Shown: in pieces, positions 19,140-28,939 of the stretch
How positions within the stretch are numbered: position 1 is the first letter of the stretch
Layout of the letters: each line of letters begins with the position of its first letter
Virus record (IMG/VR): IMGVR_UViG_3300046758_000519
Source: an uncultured virus (IMG/VR IMGVR_UViG_3300046758_000519)
Lineage: Duplodnaviria > Heunggongvirae > Uroviricota > Caudoviricetes
Direction: 5' to 3' (one strand)
DNA: 64,000 nt
The notes under the pieces: model-generated
Seen by the model: the letters and a program-made list of their open reading frames with translations, nothing else
Database searches by the model: none
Told to the model about the DNA's origin: nothing
Translations under genes and position numbers: made by a program

Positions 19140-19986
19140 TTGCTTCTTTGACATATTGTTTCACTTCACCAATATTATTCTTAAACTTTTCTTCAATGTA
19201 ATTCTCCATGAACTTCATCTTCTTACTTCTAGCATACGTTCCACCCAACGAGTAAGTGCTTCCTTTTTTTTCATCATTCAAGAAATTATATGGAAAGTAA
19301 TGTCCAACTTTATATCCGTTTAACCACATTCTATAACACAATTCGTGATCAAATCCCATTCCCATTTCTCCTGGTTTTGACAAATTAAAATCCCAACCAC
19401 CAAGTTCATCATAATACTTTCTACGAACAAAATAAGGACCGACATTTACATTTTCAACATAAGAAAATTTGTTGCTTGCTTTTGCATTAGGTCGAAGTTG
19501 TTTGCGTCCTGACCATCTGCAAATCATTTTGTTTACATTAAAAAAGTCATGATAACCAAACATTCCACCAACTATTCCAAGTTTATCATCTTTATCAAAC
19601 ATTTCAATAACTTCGTTTGCCCACGATGAATGATATATCTCATCATCATCCTGAACTATGCATATTATATCTGCCTTCGTCATGCGGATTGCACGATCAG
19701 TTGATCGTATTTCATGCAAGTCGTTTAATCTTAATATAATGTCATTGGGTCTTTCCATCCACAAATCCCACTCTTGCAAACTTCCGTCTATACTTCCATC
19801 CTCACAAACAATAATTTCATCAACACCATGCGTTTGACGAAGACCATTTACCAAGTTTTTTATATTATTTTTTTGATTAAATGATGTTACTATGACACAC
19901 AACTTAGGAGACTCGTTATATTCAAATCCAAGTTCTGAATTATACTTCTTTTTTTCTTTTATTTGTTGGATGAGTTTTTCATTCAT
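19132..19986 (-). CDS. GT2 glycosyltransferase
   Basis: IIVCEDGSIDGS, HEIRS, VQDDD, ELGGWD, FDHELCYR. Confidence 0.8.
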   Translation of the reverse strand: MNEKLIQQIKEKKKYNSELGFEYNESPKLCVIVTSFNQKNNIKNLVNGLRQTHGVDEIIVCEDGSIDGSLQEWDLWMERPNDIILRLNDLHEIRSTDRAIRMTKADIICIVQDDDEIYHSSWANEVIEMFDKDDKLGIVGGMFGYHDFFNVNKMICRWSGRKQLRPNAKASNKFSYVENVNVGPYFVRRKYYDELGGWDFNLSKPGEMGMGFDHELCYRMWLNGYKVGHYFPYNFLNDEKKGSTYSLGGTYARSKKMKFMENYIEEKFKNNIGEVKQYVKEANE

Positions 19987-20671
19987 TAATAGACTCCTTG
20001 TATTTATCCACCATTGGTTGAATTCTATTTTTCCATTTCTTTAACACATTTCTAGTTCTCCAATACTCAATATTTTTATCTTTCTGTACAAAAAAAAGTG
20101 GATATGTCATATAAGCAAAATTTGCAAAATTAAATTTTCGTTGTCTACGATATATTTGATCAATTGCGAATTTATTTCCAAACGACTCAAGATTTTTGAT
20201 TACCTCCTCAAAACACTTTCCGTTTACAGCATAAGCATGAGTGCTTGATGCAGATGACTTAATTAAATTATCATCAACCACTCCATAAGTGGTCCGTGGA
20301 TTTCCACCCAAATAAAATAGTTTCCAATCAAGAGTTTTTAGTTTTTGAATCGATTTGTTTAACAAATTAAAGTCTTTATTTATGAAGTGAAAATCACTCT
20401 CAAAAATTAAAATATTTTTAAGGTTATCGTCAACTGCTGATTTCAGAATACTATAGTGAGAATATTCACACGGTGGCATATTAAATTCTTTCCACGTTTT
20501 ATTTGCTGGGGGAAAATCTGATAGTCTTTCTACTCTATTTAAAATTCCTATATCCTCAAACTGCATTTTGCAATGATTCCATCGTTCTACTTCTTTATTT
20601 CCACAAATGCAAAAAATTTTATCAAAAAAATTGAAATATTCATTATTTTTTTGTTTATGTATATTAGTCAT
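19979..20671 (-). CDS. GT25-like glycosyltransferase
   Basis: FFDKIFCI, ERW, SHYSIL, ILIFESD, WKLFYLGG, THAYAVN. Confidence 0.75.
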   Translation of the reverse strand: MTNIHKQKNNEYFNFFDKIFCICGNKEVERWNHCKMQFEDIGILNRVERLSDFPPANKTWKEFNMPPCEYSHYSILKSAVDDNLKNILIFESDFHFINKDFNLLNKSIQKLKTLDWKLFYLGGNPRTTYGVVDDNLIKSSASSTHAYAVNGKCFEEVIKNLESFGNKFAIDQIYRRQRKFNFANFAYMTYPLFFVQKDKNIEYWRTRNVLKKWKNRIQPMVDKYKESINE

Positions 20672-20713
20672 TTTCTATTATTTTTGGTTTAATTCGTTTC
20701 TTTTGCAATTAAT

Positions 20714-21670
20714 TTATTTTAAGAACTCACTACAATCATATTGAAGATTCAAAGAATTTTTGTGTAAATTCGTATTAAAATAAATTGCAAACTCACTGAC
20801 ACCTGACGCAGACTTTAGTAAGAAATTGGTTTTTGCAAGACCAAGACAATCTTTTAATACATCCATTCCTTTCCTATAATTGTTTGTTATACTTTCATCT
20901 AAAAAAATGTTTTTTCCGTTTACATCACGAAGAATTCCTGACAGACTTTTCACTATATTTGGATATTTTGAATTAAATATATCATAAAAACTGCTATCAT
21001 CAGTTGCTAAAAATATTTTATTGTATCCTTTTTTAAGTAAATTATCTATATAAGGATAATATTCATGTGGTAATATTTTTCTACCTCCAATACGCACTTG
21101 CTTATCTGTTCCTCTGACATGAACTCCGATTACTTTATCAGTTGGTTTGAATAATTCTGCCCATTCATCATCAAGAGATTTTTGTATTTCAGGCAATACT
21201 TCAAAGTATTGTGATATTACTCTGTTTGCTTCTAATCTATTTTCTTTATACCAATCATCAATTTTTTTGGTGTATGGTTTATCGTAATCATCTTGCATAT
21301 TTGCATCTGCTGTATGTCCTGTGTCGTGGGGGTAACACATAATACCAATATTATCGTGTACAACCATCCAAAATCTAGGTGAACGATAATCAAGACGTGT
21401 TTCTTCGTTTACCTTTACAGAATCTTTAAAACGAAAATAATTGAAAAACATATTTTCATTATAGTTTGGATCATAAAACTTATTATTTCCTATTTTGTTT
21501 TTACTTCCAATTCCAACTGTATGTTTTCCAAAATTAACTATTGGGGTATTCACATATTCTTTTTTTCGTTCTCCACAAATAATTGCGTTTATTACATATT
21601 CAATATACGCAAAAAATCCTGCATTTGCATCGGTCATGTTGACCACAAATTGTTTTTTTATACCACCCAT
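20714..21670 (-). CDS. fucosyltransferase-like protein (NodZ/GT23-like)
   Basis: AGFFA, IGVHVRGTDK, IFLATDD, D..GLAK...SGVS. Confidence 0.75.
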   Translation of the reverse strand: MGGIKKQFVVNMTDANAGFFAYIEYVINAIICGERKKEYVNTPIVNFGKHTVGIGSKNKIGNNKFYDPNYNENMFFNYFRFKDSVKVNEETRLDYRSPRFWMVVHDNIGIMCYPHDTGHTADANMQDDYDKPYTKKIDDWYKENRLEANRVISQYFEVLPEIQKSLDDEWAELFKPTDKVIGVHVRGTDKQVRIGGRKILPHEYYPYIDNLLKKGYNKIFLATDDSSFYDIFNSKYPNIVKSLSGILRDVNGKNIFLDESITNNYRKGMDVLKDCLGLAKTNFLLKSASGVSEFAIYFNTNLHKNSLNLQYDCSEFLK

Positions 21671-21674
21671 TTCT

Positions 21675-21682
21675 ATAAATAT
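21675..21682 (-). promoter_or_regulatory. ATATTTAT putative phage promoter element
   Basis: 4 nt before ATG at 21670. Confidence 0.5.
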
Positions 21683-23053
21683 TTACTTGGGATCGTTTCT
21701 GAAAAACTTTTGCTTCCAAAACTCCATGTTTTTAAGTAATTCATTTGAATGCTCTACCCAATATGTAATTGTCATTTTATTAAAGTCATACTCTGTTTCA
21801 AGCATTTCTTTGTATTTTTTTTCAAGATACTCTTCGGTCAGTTCCGTATAATCAGTTGTCCATAGAATTGGTAGATTATCATACTTTTGCATACATGAAT
21901 TTTTGTTCCATCGTTGATTTGAGTATTCTTCGTTTGGAATTTGAATTATCGGTATTCCCTTTGCTAAAATTGTTTCATAATGTCTATGACAATCAATTCC
22001 ATTCCCCTCAGGTGAAATGCAAAACTTATGATTTTTCAATCCTATAAAATAACCATCAAATGATATTTTTTGCTTTTGCCCATAACTAAGTCCTTCTTTG
22101 TTTATATAATCAAATCTATTAATGCTTCTTAAAATTTTTTTTCTATTCCTTCCTGACCTCGGTGATAAATTTGAATAGCACAAGTGTTTGTTTGTATCTT
22201 TATTTGTAAGTAATAAGTTTGAATCAAATGTTTGCCAACAGTGTGGTGCTACACCTATTGGATGTTCAACCGGTGAATCTAATTCATCTGCTGAACTTCC
22301 TCCTACTATTATTTCATTTAAAGGAAAATCAAATGTTAACCAATCTTTTAACTTCATTTTAAGATTTAGTATTTTTTCAAAGTAACTACCAGACACTCTT
22401 CCGTTTATATTCACAAGTTGTTGCCCAAGGTGCAAAACAAATTCATCATCTGATAAAAACTTAAATATATCTTGTTTTTTGCGAAGTCTGAGTCTAGGTC
22501 TTCCGAATCGTCTTAAATGCTCCCAATCATATACATCTGCTTCTCCTGTTTCAACTACAGGCATTTTAGTTGGTTCATATATGAATATCTGACAATAACC
22601 AGCAAATGGGCAATAATAAGGTTCTCCTAATAAAGATAAATCATTCGTTTCTTTATACTTCTCGTAAATACCAAATGTATCACAATCATAACGATTCAAA
22701 GTATACAATACTCTTTGTTTCTTTTCTAGATTTTCCACCATTTTCCTAAATGTATTTGGAAACAAAATATCAGCATCTGTGAACACCAACCAGTCTGTGT
22801 AATTAATACTATCAAGATATTCTAAACCTTTATTATACAAAGCACCTTTATTAAAGTTTTTTCCATTAGTTTTTAGAACTGAATCATCAAATACCAAACA
22901 CCTAACTCCTTCGTATTTTTCGCATACTTTTTTACATTCTATGTCACTTTCAATCGTTAATACAATTATTTCATCGAACTGAGAAATATTCTTTGGTAGA
23001 AGAAAGTCCAAAAAATCATTGTAGTTTACAGATGTTAAAAGTGCAGTTATCAT
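21683..23053 (-). CDS. fusion of GT-A glycosyltransferase and exostosin/GT47-like domain
   Basis: SVNYNDFL, FNKG, FTDADI, GYCQI; C-term KFCISPEGNGIDCHRHYE, GIPI, LPILW. Confidence 0.75.
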   Translation of the reverse strand: MITALLTSVNYNDFLDFLLPKNISQFDEIIVLTIESDIECKKVCEKYEGVRCLVFDDSVLKTNGKNFNKGALYNKGLEYLDSINYTDWLVFTDADILFPNTFRKMVENLEKKQRVLYTLNRYDCDTFGIYEKYKETNDLSLLGEPYYCPFAGYCQIFIYEPTKMPVVETGEADVYDWEHLRRFGRPRLRLRKKQDIFKFLSDDEFVLHLGQQLVNINGRVSGSYFEKILNLKMKLKDWLTFDFPLNEIIVGGSSADELDSPVEHPIGVAPHCWQTFDSNLLLTNKDTNKHLCYSNLSPRSGRNRKKILRSINRFDYINKEGLSYGQKQKISFDGYFIGLKNHKFCISPEGNGIDCHRHYETILAKGIPIIQIPNEEYSNQRWNKNSCMQKYDNLPILWTTDYTELTEEYLEKKYKEMLETEYDFNKMTITYWVEHSNELLKNMEFWKQKFFRNDPK

Positions 23054-23869
23054 TTAGGTTTCTTCAGTTCTCCGTATCTCATTATCACAATACCAATTCT
23101 TTTCAATTTTAAAATCTTTATACTCAAATGCAGTCCCATCACTTATAATCTCTATAATATCATTATTGTGACAACAAATTTTTACCCCATTCACAATTTG
23201 CGTATTTTCTCTCTTAAATCTTGATCCTATGCGACCATTCCACCAATTAATCTCACGTATTCCATGTTGTCCAGGTCTCAACCGAAATGCAGAATTAAAA
23301 GCAACTACTTTGTTAATATCGTTCTCAACTTCTTTTCCATTTTGGTTTATGTAAGAAAATTGCTCTTGCTTTACTGCTATTGGAAATTGATCGTAAATCG
23401 GTACATTAGGCAAAACCTTTTCAACAATATCTCCATTTGAACTCCGCATATTTAGTCTATACGAAGAAATCAACATTTTTTTTTCTTTAAATTTTTCACT
23501 TACACTACTCAAAAATTTCTTTGCTTCGCATAAGTTTTCAGTAATTTGAAATAGTTCATCATCATCAGGAACCATTACCCAAAGGTTTCTAGTGTCTTTA
23601 AATATTTTAGGCAAAATAAACTTATTTAATTTTTTTGCACGTTTTTTTTCATCAAACTTACCGACCCATTCAATGATTTCATCTACTCCAATACCAAGTA
23701 AAAACTTATGCATTTTCAAATAAGACTCACTATTCTTTTTAGAGGTATGAAGTAATATTATTATTTTATCAGCACCCATATCTCTATAATGTTTTACCCA
23801 GTGCTTTGCAAATTCCCATGACTTTGGATAATCTGCTCCCCAATTTGATATTATATATAAATTACTCAT
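23054..23869 (-). CDS. GT2-like glycosyltransferase (Glyco_tranf_2_4-like)
   Basis: HWVKHYRDMG, WVMVPDDDE, DQFP, PGQH. Confidence 0.6.
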   Translation of the reverse strand: MSNLYIISNWGADYPKSWEFAKHWVKHYRDMGADKIIILLHTSKKNSESYLKMHKFLLGIGVDEIIEWVGKFDEKKRAKKLNKFILPKIFKDTRNLWVMVPDDDELFQITENLCEAKKFLSSVSEKFKEKKMLISSYRLNMRSSNGDIVEKVLPNVPIYDQFPIAVKQEQFSYINQNGKEVENDINKVVAFNSAFRLRPGQHGIREINWWNGRIGSRFKRENTQIVNGVKICCHNNDIIEIISDGTAFEYKDFKIEKNWYCDNEIRRTEET

Positions 23870-24693
23870 ACATTCCATTCTGACCTTATAAATTCAATAT
23901 CACCCAACTCACTTGCTACGTCACTGAAACTACTTCCATTCTCTCCGTATAATCGTTTACAAAAAGAAAGGCAATAAAAGTCCACAATAGAATCCTCCAT
24001 TGATGTTTGTCTCAATTTTTTAATATTAAAATCATCTTGTGTGGTAAATGAGATAACTTTATCACCATACCTCTCCATTATTTTTAATCTACTCTCTGGA
24101 TTATCTGTTGCCAAAAAGAATTTTGATTGATCGTTGTTATCAAGTTCAATATCAATCATATTGAAATACCAATCTTCATTTGTTCTATATTTTTTATTTT
24201 TATTACCAACACCATTGTCTGTCTTTCTAATATGAAGTCCAATTCTTTCATTTATATTATTTTTTTCAGCAAAACTTATAATCTTTTTATTAATTTTTGG
24301 AATTGGTTTAAGTTTTCGTAATTGCTTTTTATAAATGTCATAAAAGTTTTCCCATGTTAAAGCATAGTCATTTTTAATAATAGTGTTCCAAAAATGCCAA
24401 GGTGTATCAAATGTTCTGAATAATTTAATTTCAATTTGATTAGACTTTTTATTTAACCAATTTCTTTCGTTTTCGTATACGACATCAGATGGAACTTCAA
24501 ATAATTCATGAAACTGACATGGACACGGATTGCTTGGATGCCATGAAAATCCAAATGGAATATCTAAAAAATCAGCAAATGCGTATACTGAAAACATACC
24601 CCTAAGACGGTTACACAAACCAGGTGCTATTCTTGGTTTATTGTGTGGTGGTCCGTACCTTACGCAATTAAAAAATATCATGTCACTCTTCAT
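23866..24693 (-). CDS. fucosyltransferase-like GT-B protein
   Basis: GLCNRLR, IGLHIRKTD, FFLATDN, DFYCLS, SSFS. Confidence 0.75.
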   Translation of the reverse strand: MKSDMIFFNCVRYGPPHNKPRIAPGLCNRLRGMFSVYAFADFLDIPFGFSWHPSNPCPCQFHELFEVPSDVVYENERNWLNKKSNQIEIKLFRTFDTPWHFWNTIIKNDYALTWENFYDIYKKQLRKLKPIPKINKKIISFAEKNNINERIGLHIRKTDNGVGNKNKKYRTNEDWYFNMIDIELDNNDQSKFFLATDNPESRLKIMERYGDKVISFTTQDDFNIKKLRQTSMEDSIVDFYCLSFCKRLYGENGSSFSDVASELGDIEFIRSEWNV

Positions 24694-25433
24694 AAAAACC
24701 ACCCATTTGATAATTTCATTCGTTTATACTTTTGACCCCCAGCACACCAATTATAATGAATCAAATAAGGTTTTAATTTATCACGATTTTCCCAAAAAAC
24801 TTTTCCGTTTGGAAACAATTCCTTTGAAAAATATTCATACATAAGTTTATTCTTATTTTTAAGAACATAATCTTGGTCACCAATAAATTTAGTATAGTCC
24901 AAATCAGACTTAACTTGCTTCATGTCAAAAAATTGTTGAGTTTTATTATTACTTTTTACAAACATTACACCTGAACAAGGAGCATCTATTTCGTTTAAGT
25001 TTGAATCGGATTGAAATAATATATCCGCATCATTTATCTTTTTTAAAGAATATTCTATAAACGTATTACATAAAAATATTACATCTCCATCTACAAAGAA
25101 CACATACTCATGTTTTTTTAATGCGTCTGATAATGCTATGAATTTCAAAAACACCAAATCTTTAAATGTGGATTCGGTTCTTGCAAGTTTAATTAACTTT
25201 GCAGGACCTTTTGGAAATCTTTGTAATTTATCTAAATCACCACTTAGATTATGTTTTATTAGTTGGGTATGTGGATGCTCTTTACTTATATTTTCATAGC
25301 AATCTGCGTCAACACAATATACTCTTATTAAGTCTTTTAATCCAATGTTTTCTAAAGACTTAATACAATTTTTAGTAAATGGTAAATAATCATTATTTGC
25401 CATTGTAACGATTGCAATTTTGTTTTTATTCAT
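24690..25433 (-). CDS. nucleotide-diphospho-sugar transferase (GT77-like)
   Basis: FVDGDVIF, FQSD, CSGVMF, DQDY, FPNG, HYNW. Confidence 0.8.
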   Translation of the reverse strand: MNKNKIAIVTMANNDYLPFTKNCIKSLENIGLKDLIRVYCVDADCYENISKEHPHTQLIKHNLSGDLDKLQRFPKGPAKLIKLARTESTFKDLVFLKFIALSDALKKHEYVFFVDGDVIFLCNTFIEYSLKKINDADILFQSDSNLNEIDAPCSGVMFVKSNNKTQQFFDMKQVKSDLDYTKFIGDQDYVLKNKNKLMYEYFSKELFPNGKVFWENRDKLKPYLIHYNWCAGGQKYKRMKLSNGWFL

Positions 25434-26380
25434 TTTAACAAAAACTCCTCAAATAAAAACTGATATAAATTCTCTGGACGAAAATATTGTTCCCATACTT
25501 CAATGCACATCTTTGACATTTGTGCGTAATCTTTATTTTCCATTCTTTGTTTTATAGTATCGTGTGATACATCTTCTGTATTATCAAATATTAAACAACA
25601 CTCTTCCCAATTTATGAATTGTTCAAGTGGCAAGCACTTATGACCAACGATAATAGGAACTACACCAATTCGCATACACTCACCGATACGAAACGAATTA
25701 AGACCCTGACCCACAGGACAAAATCCAAATCTTGATAATGATAATCGTTCAAAATACTTTCTCAAAAACGCATAAATTTTCCAATCTTTTCTTACATGAA
25801 ATATACTTTTTTCATTGGTTGTATCAATGATCAATGAATCTTCACGATCAACAAAATCATAAATAAAATCACGTTGAGTTCTTACTGACCTTGGACCACC
25901 AGATGATATTGCTCCTACAAATGAATATTCGTATTCTCTTTTTTTATTTCTAAGTTCATCTATAACATTCGCATCTTCAAAAAAATACATTTCATTGAGT
26001 AACGGCACCATATTAACATTACATTTTATATTTTCAACATGAGAATACATTGGCATGGCTGCGAATTTCAATCCGACATCATCTTGATGTAAATACTTTG
26101 GTATGTCATGTAGATTGTAAAAAACAAACTTTTCACCGAATTTTCTATATAACTTTCCACGTGTAAGTTTTCGGAAATTACGACCTGCCGAACGCATCCA
26201 ATTATAATCAAGATCAACTTTAGGAACAATATAATCTGCATCACGTGGTCTATTTACAATTTTTAAATTCTGAGTAGATAAAAATGGTTTAAAATTATAT
26301 CCAAGTTCCTCAACAGATACATCATCTATAAGACGACCCGTTATATCACATAGCATTAAATTAATTGTTTTCGTTTTCAT
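25430..26380 (-). CDS. exostosin family (GT47-like) glycosyltransferase
   Basis: SFVG, SRFGFCPVGQGLNSFRIGECM..GVVPII. Confidence 0.8.
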   Translation of the reverse strand: MKTKTINLMLCDITGRLIDDVSVEELGYNFKPFLSTQNLKIVNRPRDADYIVPKVDLDYNWMRSAGRNFRKLTRGKLYRKFGEKFVFYNLHDIPKYLHQDDVGLKFAAMPMYSHVENIKCNVNMVPLLNEMYFFEDANVIDELRNKKREYEYSFVGAISSGGPRSVRTQRDFIYDFVDREDSLIIDTTNEKSIFHVRKDWKIYAFLRKYFERLSLSRFGFCPVGQGLNSFRIGECMRIGVVPIIVGHKCLPLEQFINWEECCLIFDNTEDVSHDTIKQRMENKDYAQMSKMCIEVWEQYFRPENLYQFLFEEFLLK

Positions 26381-26384
26381 TCTA

Positions 26385-27284
26385 TTATTTTAAAAATTCC
26401 TTCAGACTTAGCATATCACTTAAAAAAGTAGTTTTTTCAGATGCAACATTCTTTTTTCCAATACGAACCCAACTTGCAAATCCTGATAATGCACTATCTC
26501 CCTTTATCATAATGTCTGCATGAATTAAATCACTTAATACATTTAGTACATGAGTGTCTTCATTGCAGACCTCAACATAATTTAATTGGTCATGTCTAAG
26601 TGAAAATACATTTAAACGCTTTGCTTTATGCAAATCATCCACGACTACTTTTCCGTTAGTATGAATTACAATATTCGGTGAATCATAAAGTTCTATACAT
26701 CTATCAATAACCTTTTCCAAATTTGATTTTAGATATCTATTATGTCTTCGTTTAGATGCATCACCAAGTCGCATATGAATTGCTATATTTGTTTTTTTAT
26801 TGGTAAATCTATTTTTTGGTAATTTATCATTATTGTCTACCCAATCTAAAATCATTTTTTTTCTATATTTTTCAACGTAAGGAGTTGCCGACCTCCACGC
26901 ATTATCATATAAATATAATATCTGATTATCATTCTGCGTTTCGAGTAGTCCCTGTCCAGATGGTGCATTTCTTTTACCAGGAAATCTAGAACCAAGTATG
27001 TGAAATTCTGTTGGATGTGGATAGACAGACTCGTATGAATTTATATTAAGATTGTTTCGTACTGCAAAATTATTAAATGCAGTTTTCATATATTCTTCAC
27101 AAAGTTTATTATCATCTTTTATGTGTTCAAACGAATAGGGTCTTTTGGTGATACTCCAGTGTGGATCAAAATAAATTTTAGTATCATCTAATATCTCACC
27201 ATGCAATGCCATGCACGAAGCAATTCCAAATATTTGATGCCCAAATCCATCTGTTCCAAATTGTGCTATATATTGTTCGTTCAT
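26385..27284 (-). CDS. fucosyltransferase-like GT-B protein
   Basis: DGFGHQ, IAIHMRLGD, LIHAD...SALS. Confidence 0.7.
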   Translation of the reverse strand: MNEQYIAQFGTDGFGHQIFGIASCMALHGEILDDTKIYFDPHWSITKRPYSFEHIKDDNKLCEEYMKTAFNNFAVRNNLNINSYESVYPHPTEFHILGSRFPGKRNAPSGQGLLETQNDNQILYLYDNAWRSATPYVEKYRKKMILDWVDNNDKLPKNRFTNKKTNIAIHMRLGDASKRRHNRYLKSNLEKVIDRCIELYDSPNIVIHTNGKVVVDDLHKAKRLNVFSLRHDQLNYVEVCNEDTHVLNVLSDLIHADIMIKGDSALSGFASWVRIGKKNVASEKTTFLSDMLSLKEFLK

Positions 27285-28171
27285 TTTTCTAAAAAATAAC
27301 CAAATTTTTTCATATTATCTATTTTTGCATCAACACCAAGAATTCCATTAAAATGAATAATCTTGCAAACTTCATCAATTTTAGAATGATAACGATTATA
27401 CCAATCACCATTTGGGTATTCATCACGATCTAAAAATTTTACATTAATTCCACCATGTATCCCACCACGAAAAATTTTAAAATTAAAAAAATCTTGATCA
27501 TTCCATTCTGGTTGATAATCATGTTTTTTTAAAAAATCAGTTAAGTCACCTGCAAACAAACTTAGTGTGTTTTTTGAAGGTTTCATAGAGTAAAACCCAG
27601 TACATACTATTCTCGGTGATCCATTCCATTTTTCTACAATTTTTTTCCACCAATTTTTACAAGTAACAAATGGACTATGACCATACCACCAGTTTTTCCA
27701 TTTTTTTGTGTTTTTTACTTTACTCTCATCGTTATAGTCCCACGATCCAAGTATTTCTGCACCGTCCATTTGAAATAAGCAATCTGCATCAGTATTTTCA
27801 TATAAATCAGTAATTTCTTTTGAAAAATCTTTCTTAACAAAAATGTCAACATCAAGGTAAGTAATGATTTTGCCTGCATTGAGTAATTTATTTCCAATTA
27901 CGAATCTGTGAAATACTATCTTATTAAAATCACTTGTTCCATATTCGCAAAAATCCTCTGTATCATTTGATATGTACTCTACTACATCGCATAATTTTTC
28001 TAACGCATTTGCCAAGTTTTTATCAAACGCAAATACTACTATATTCACATTTACTTTTTTAGCACTCAATACTAAATTTTTGATAAGTGTAAATACACCG
28101 AAGTTTCCACACGTGAAAATAACTTGCTTATTATTATTTTCAAGAAAATTATTTATATTTTTATAAATCAT
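27281..28171 (-). CDS. nucleotide-diphospho-sugar transferase (GT77-like), paralog of 44893-45627
   Basis: YLDVDI, CTGFY, NDQ, YPNG, HFNG. Confidence 0.8.
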   Translation of the reverse strand: MIYKNINNFLENNNKQVIFTCGNFGVFTLIKNLVLSAKKVNVNIVVFAFDKNLANALEKLCDVVEYISNDTEDFCEYGTSDFNKIVFHRFVIGNKLLNAGKIITYLDVDIFVKKDFSKEITDLYENTDADCLFQMDGAEILGSWDYNDESKVKNTKKWKNWWYGHSPFVTCKNWWKKIVEKWNGSPRIVCTGFYSMKPSKNTLSLFAGDLTDFLKKHDYQPEWNDQDFFNFKIFRGGIHGGINVKFLDRDEYPNGDWYNRYHSKIDEVCKIIHFNGILGVDAKIDNMKKFGYFLEK

Positions 28172-28177
28172 AGCATT

Positions 28178-28939
28178 TTATTTACAATGACCATTTCCTA
28201 TTTTTTGATAATGATCTACAAGTTGTTGTTTATTCATTTTCTTGAACACAGAAATTTTTTCTACCATCTCTTTCCATTGCTTTTTGTCGTTTAAACGAGC
28301 AAGTTTGCGATGTGCTTTGGTGTCGTGGTCTAAATGATACATATCGTAGGGTGATCTTCCGATACTTAATTCAAATGTGTTTACTTTGCTTCTCATTAAT
28401 TCATCTTCAGGACACCAAGACCCAATTGACGGTTCCCATCCATATACTTCATAAAAACCCTTCCTAGACATAATACAGACTCCTCCAGCACCATTATCAG
28501 CAACCCTTGGACGATTTCTTCCCAAATAAGAATTCTCTAGTTTGTTTCCATCGATGACTTCTTTTGTTCCGTCATGTGAAATATTAAGAAATTTTTGTGA
28601 CGGAATATAAAAATCATAACCATTTACAAGTTTTTCAAAATTTTTAAGTAAATCTTCGTGTAATAAAATGTCGTTATCTGCAAATATCAAATAATCTCCG
28701 TTTGTAACTTTTGCTCCTTCGTTGAATCCGTATCCACGACTATAATCAAATGGTTCAGGAGTTTCACGCAGAATGTGTTGCTCAACATTTAAATCAGATA
28801 AATCCGATTTTGTGTTTTGCTCAACAATTGTGATCTGACTTTTAGATAACAATTCTTGATATCGTTGAACTATAAAACGAATATTACGATCACGTGATTC
28901 GTGTGTATTTGAATGTCCTATTATAATATCAATTTTCAT
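28178..28939 (-). CDS. GT2/GT7-like glycosyltransferase
   Basis: IVEQ, RGYGFNEG, FADND, GGVC, WCPEDE, YHLDH. Confidence 0.8.
   Translation of the reverse strand: MKIDIIIGHSNTHESRDRNIRFIVQRYQELLSKSQITIVEQNTKSDLSDLNVEQHILRETPEPFDYSRGYGFNEGAKVTNGDYLIFADNDILLHEDLLKNFEKLVNGYDFYIPSQKFLNISHDGTKEVIDGNKLENSYLGRNRPRVADNGAGGVCIMSRKGFYEVYGWEPSIGSWCPEDELMRSKVNTFELSIGRSPYDMYHLDHDTKAHRKLARLNDKKQWKEMVEKISVFKKMNKQQLVDHYQKIGNGHCK

Noticed and set aside
13603..20713. Short open tails in gaps 13603-13656 (KLNDYKGFKK*) and 20672-20713 (INCKRNELNQK*)
   Set aside because: May be 3' stubs, but no convincing parent gene was found in the window
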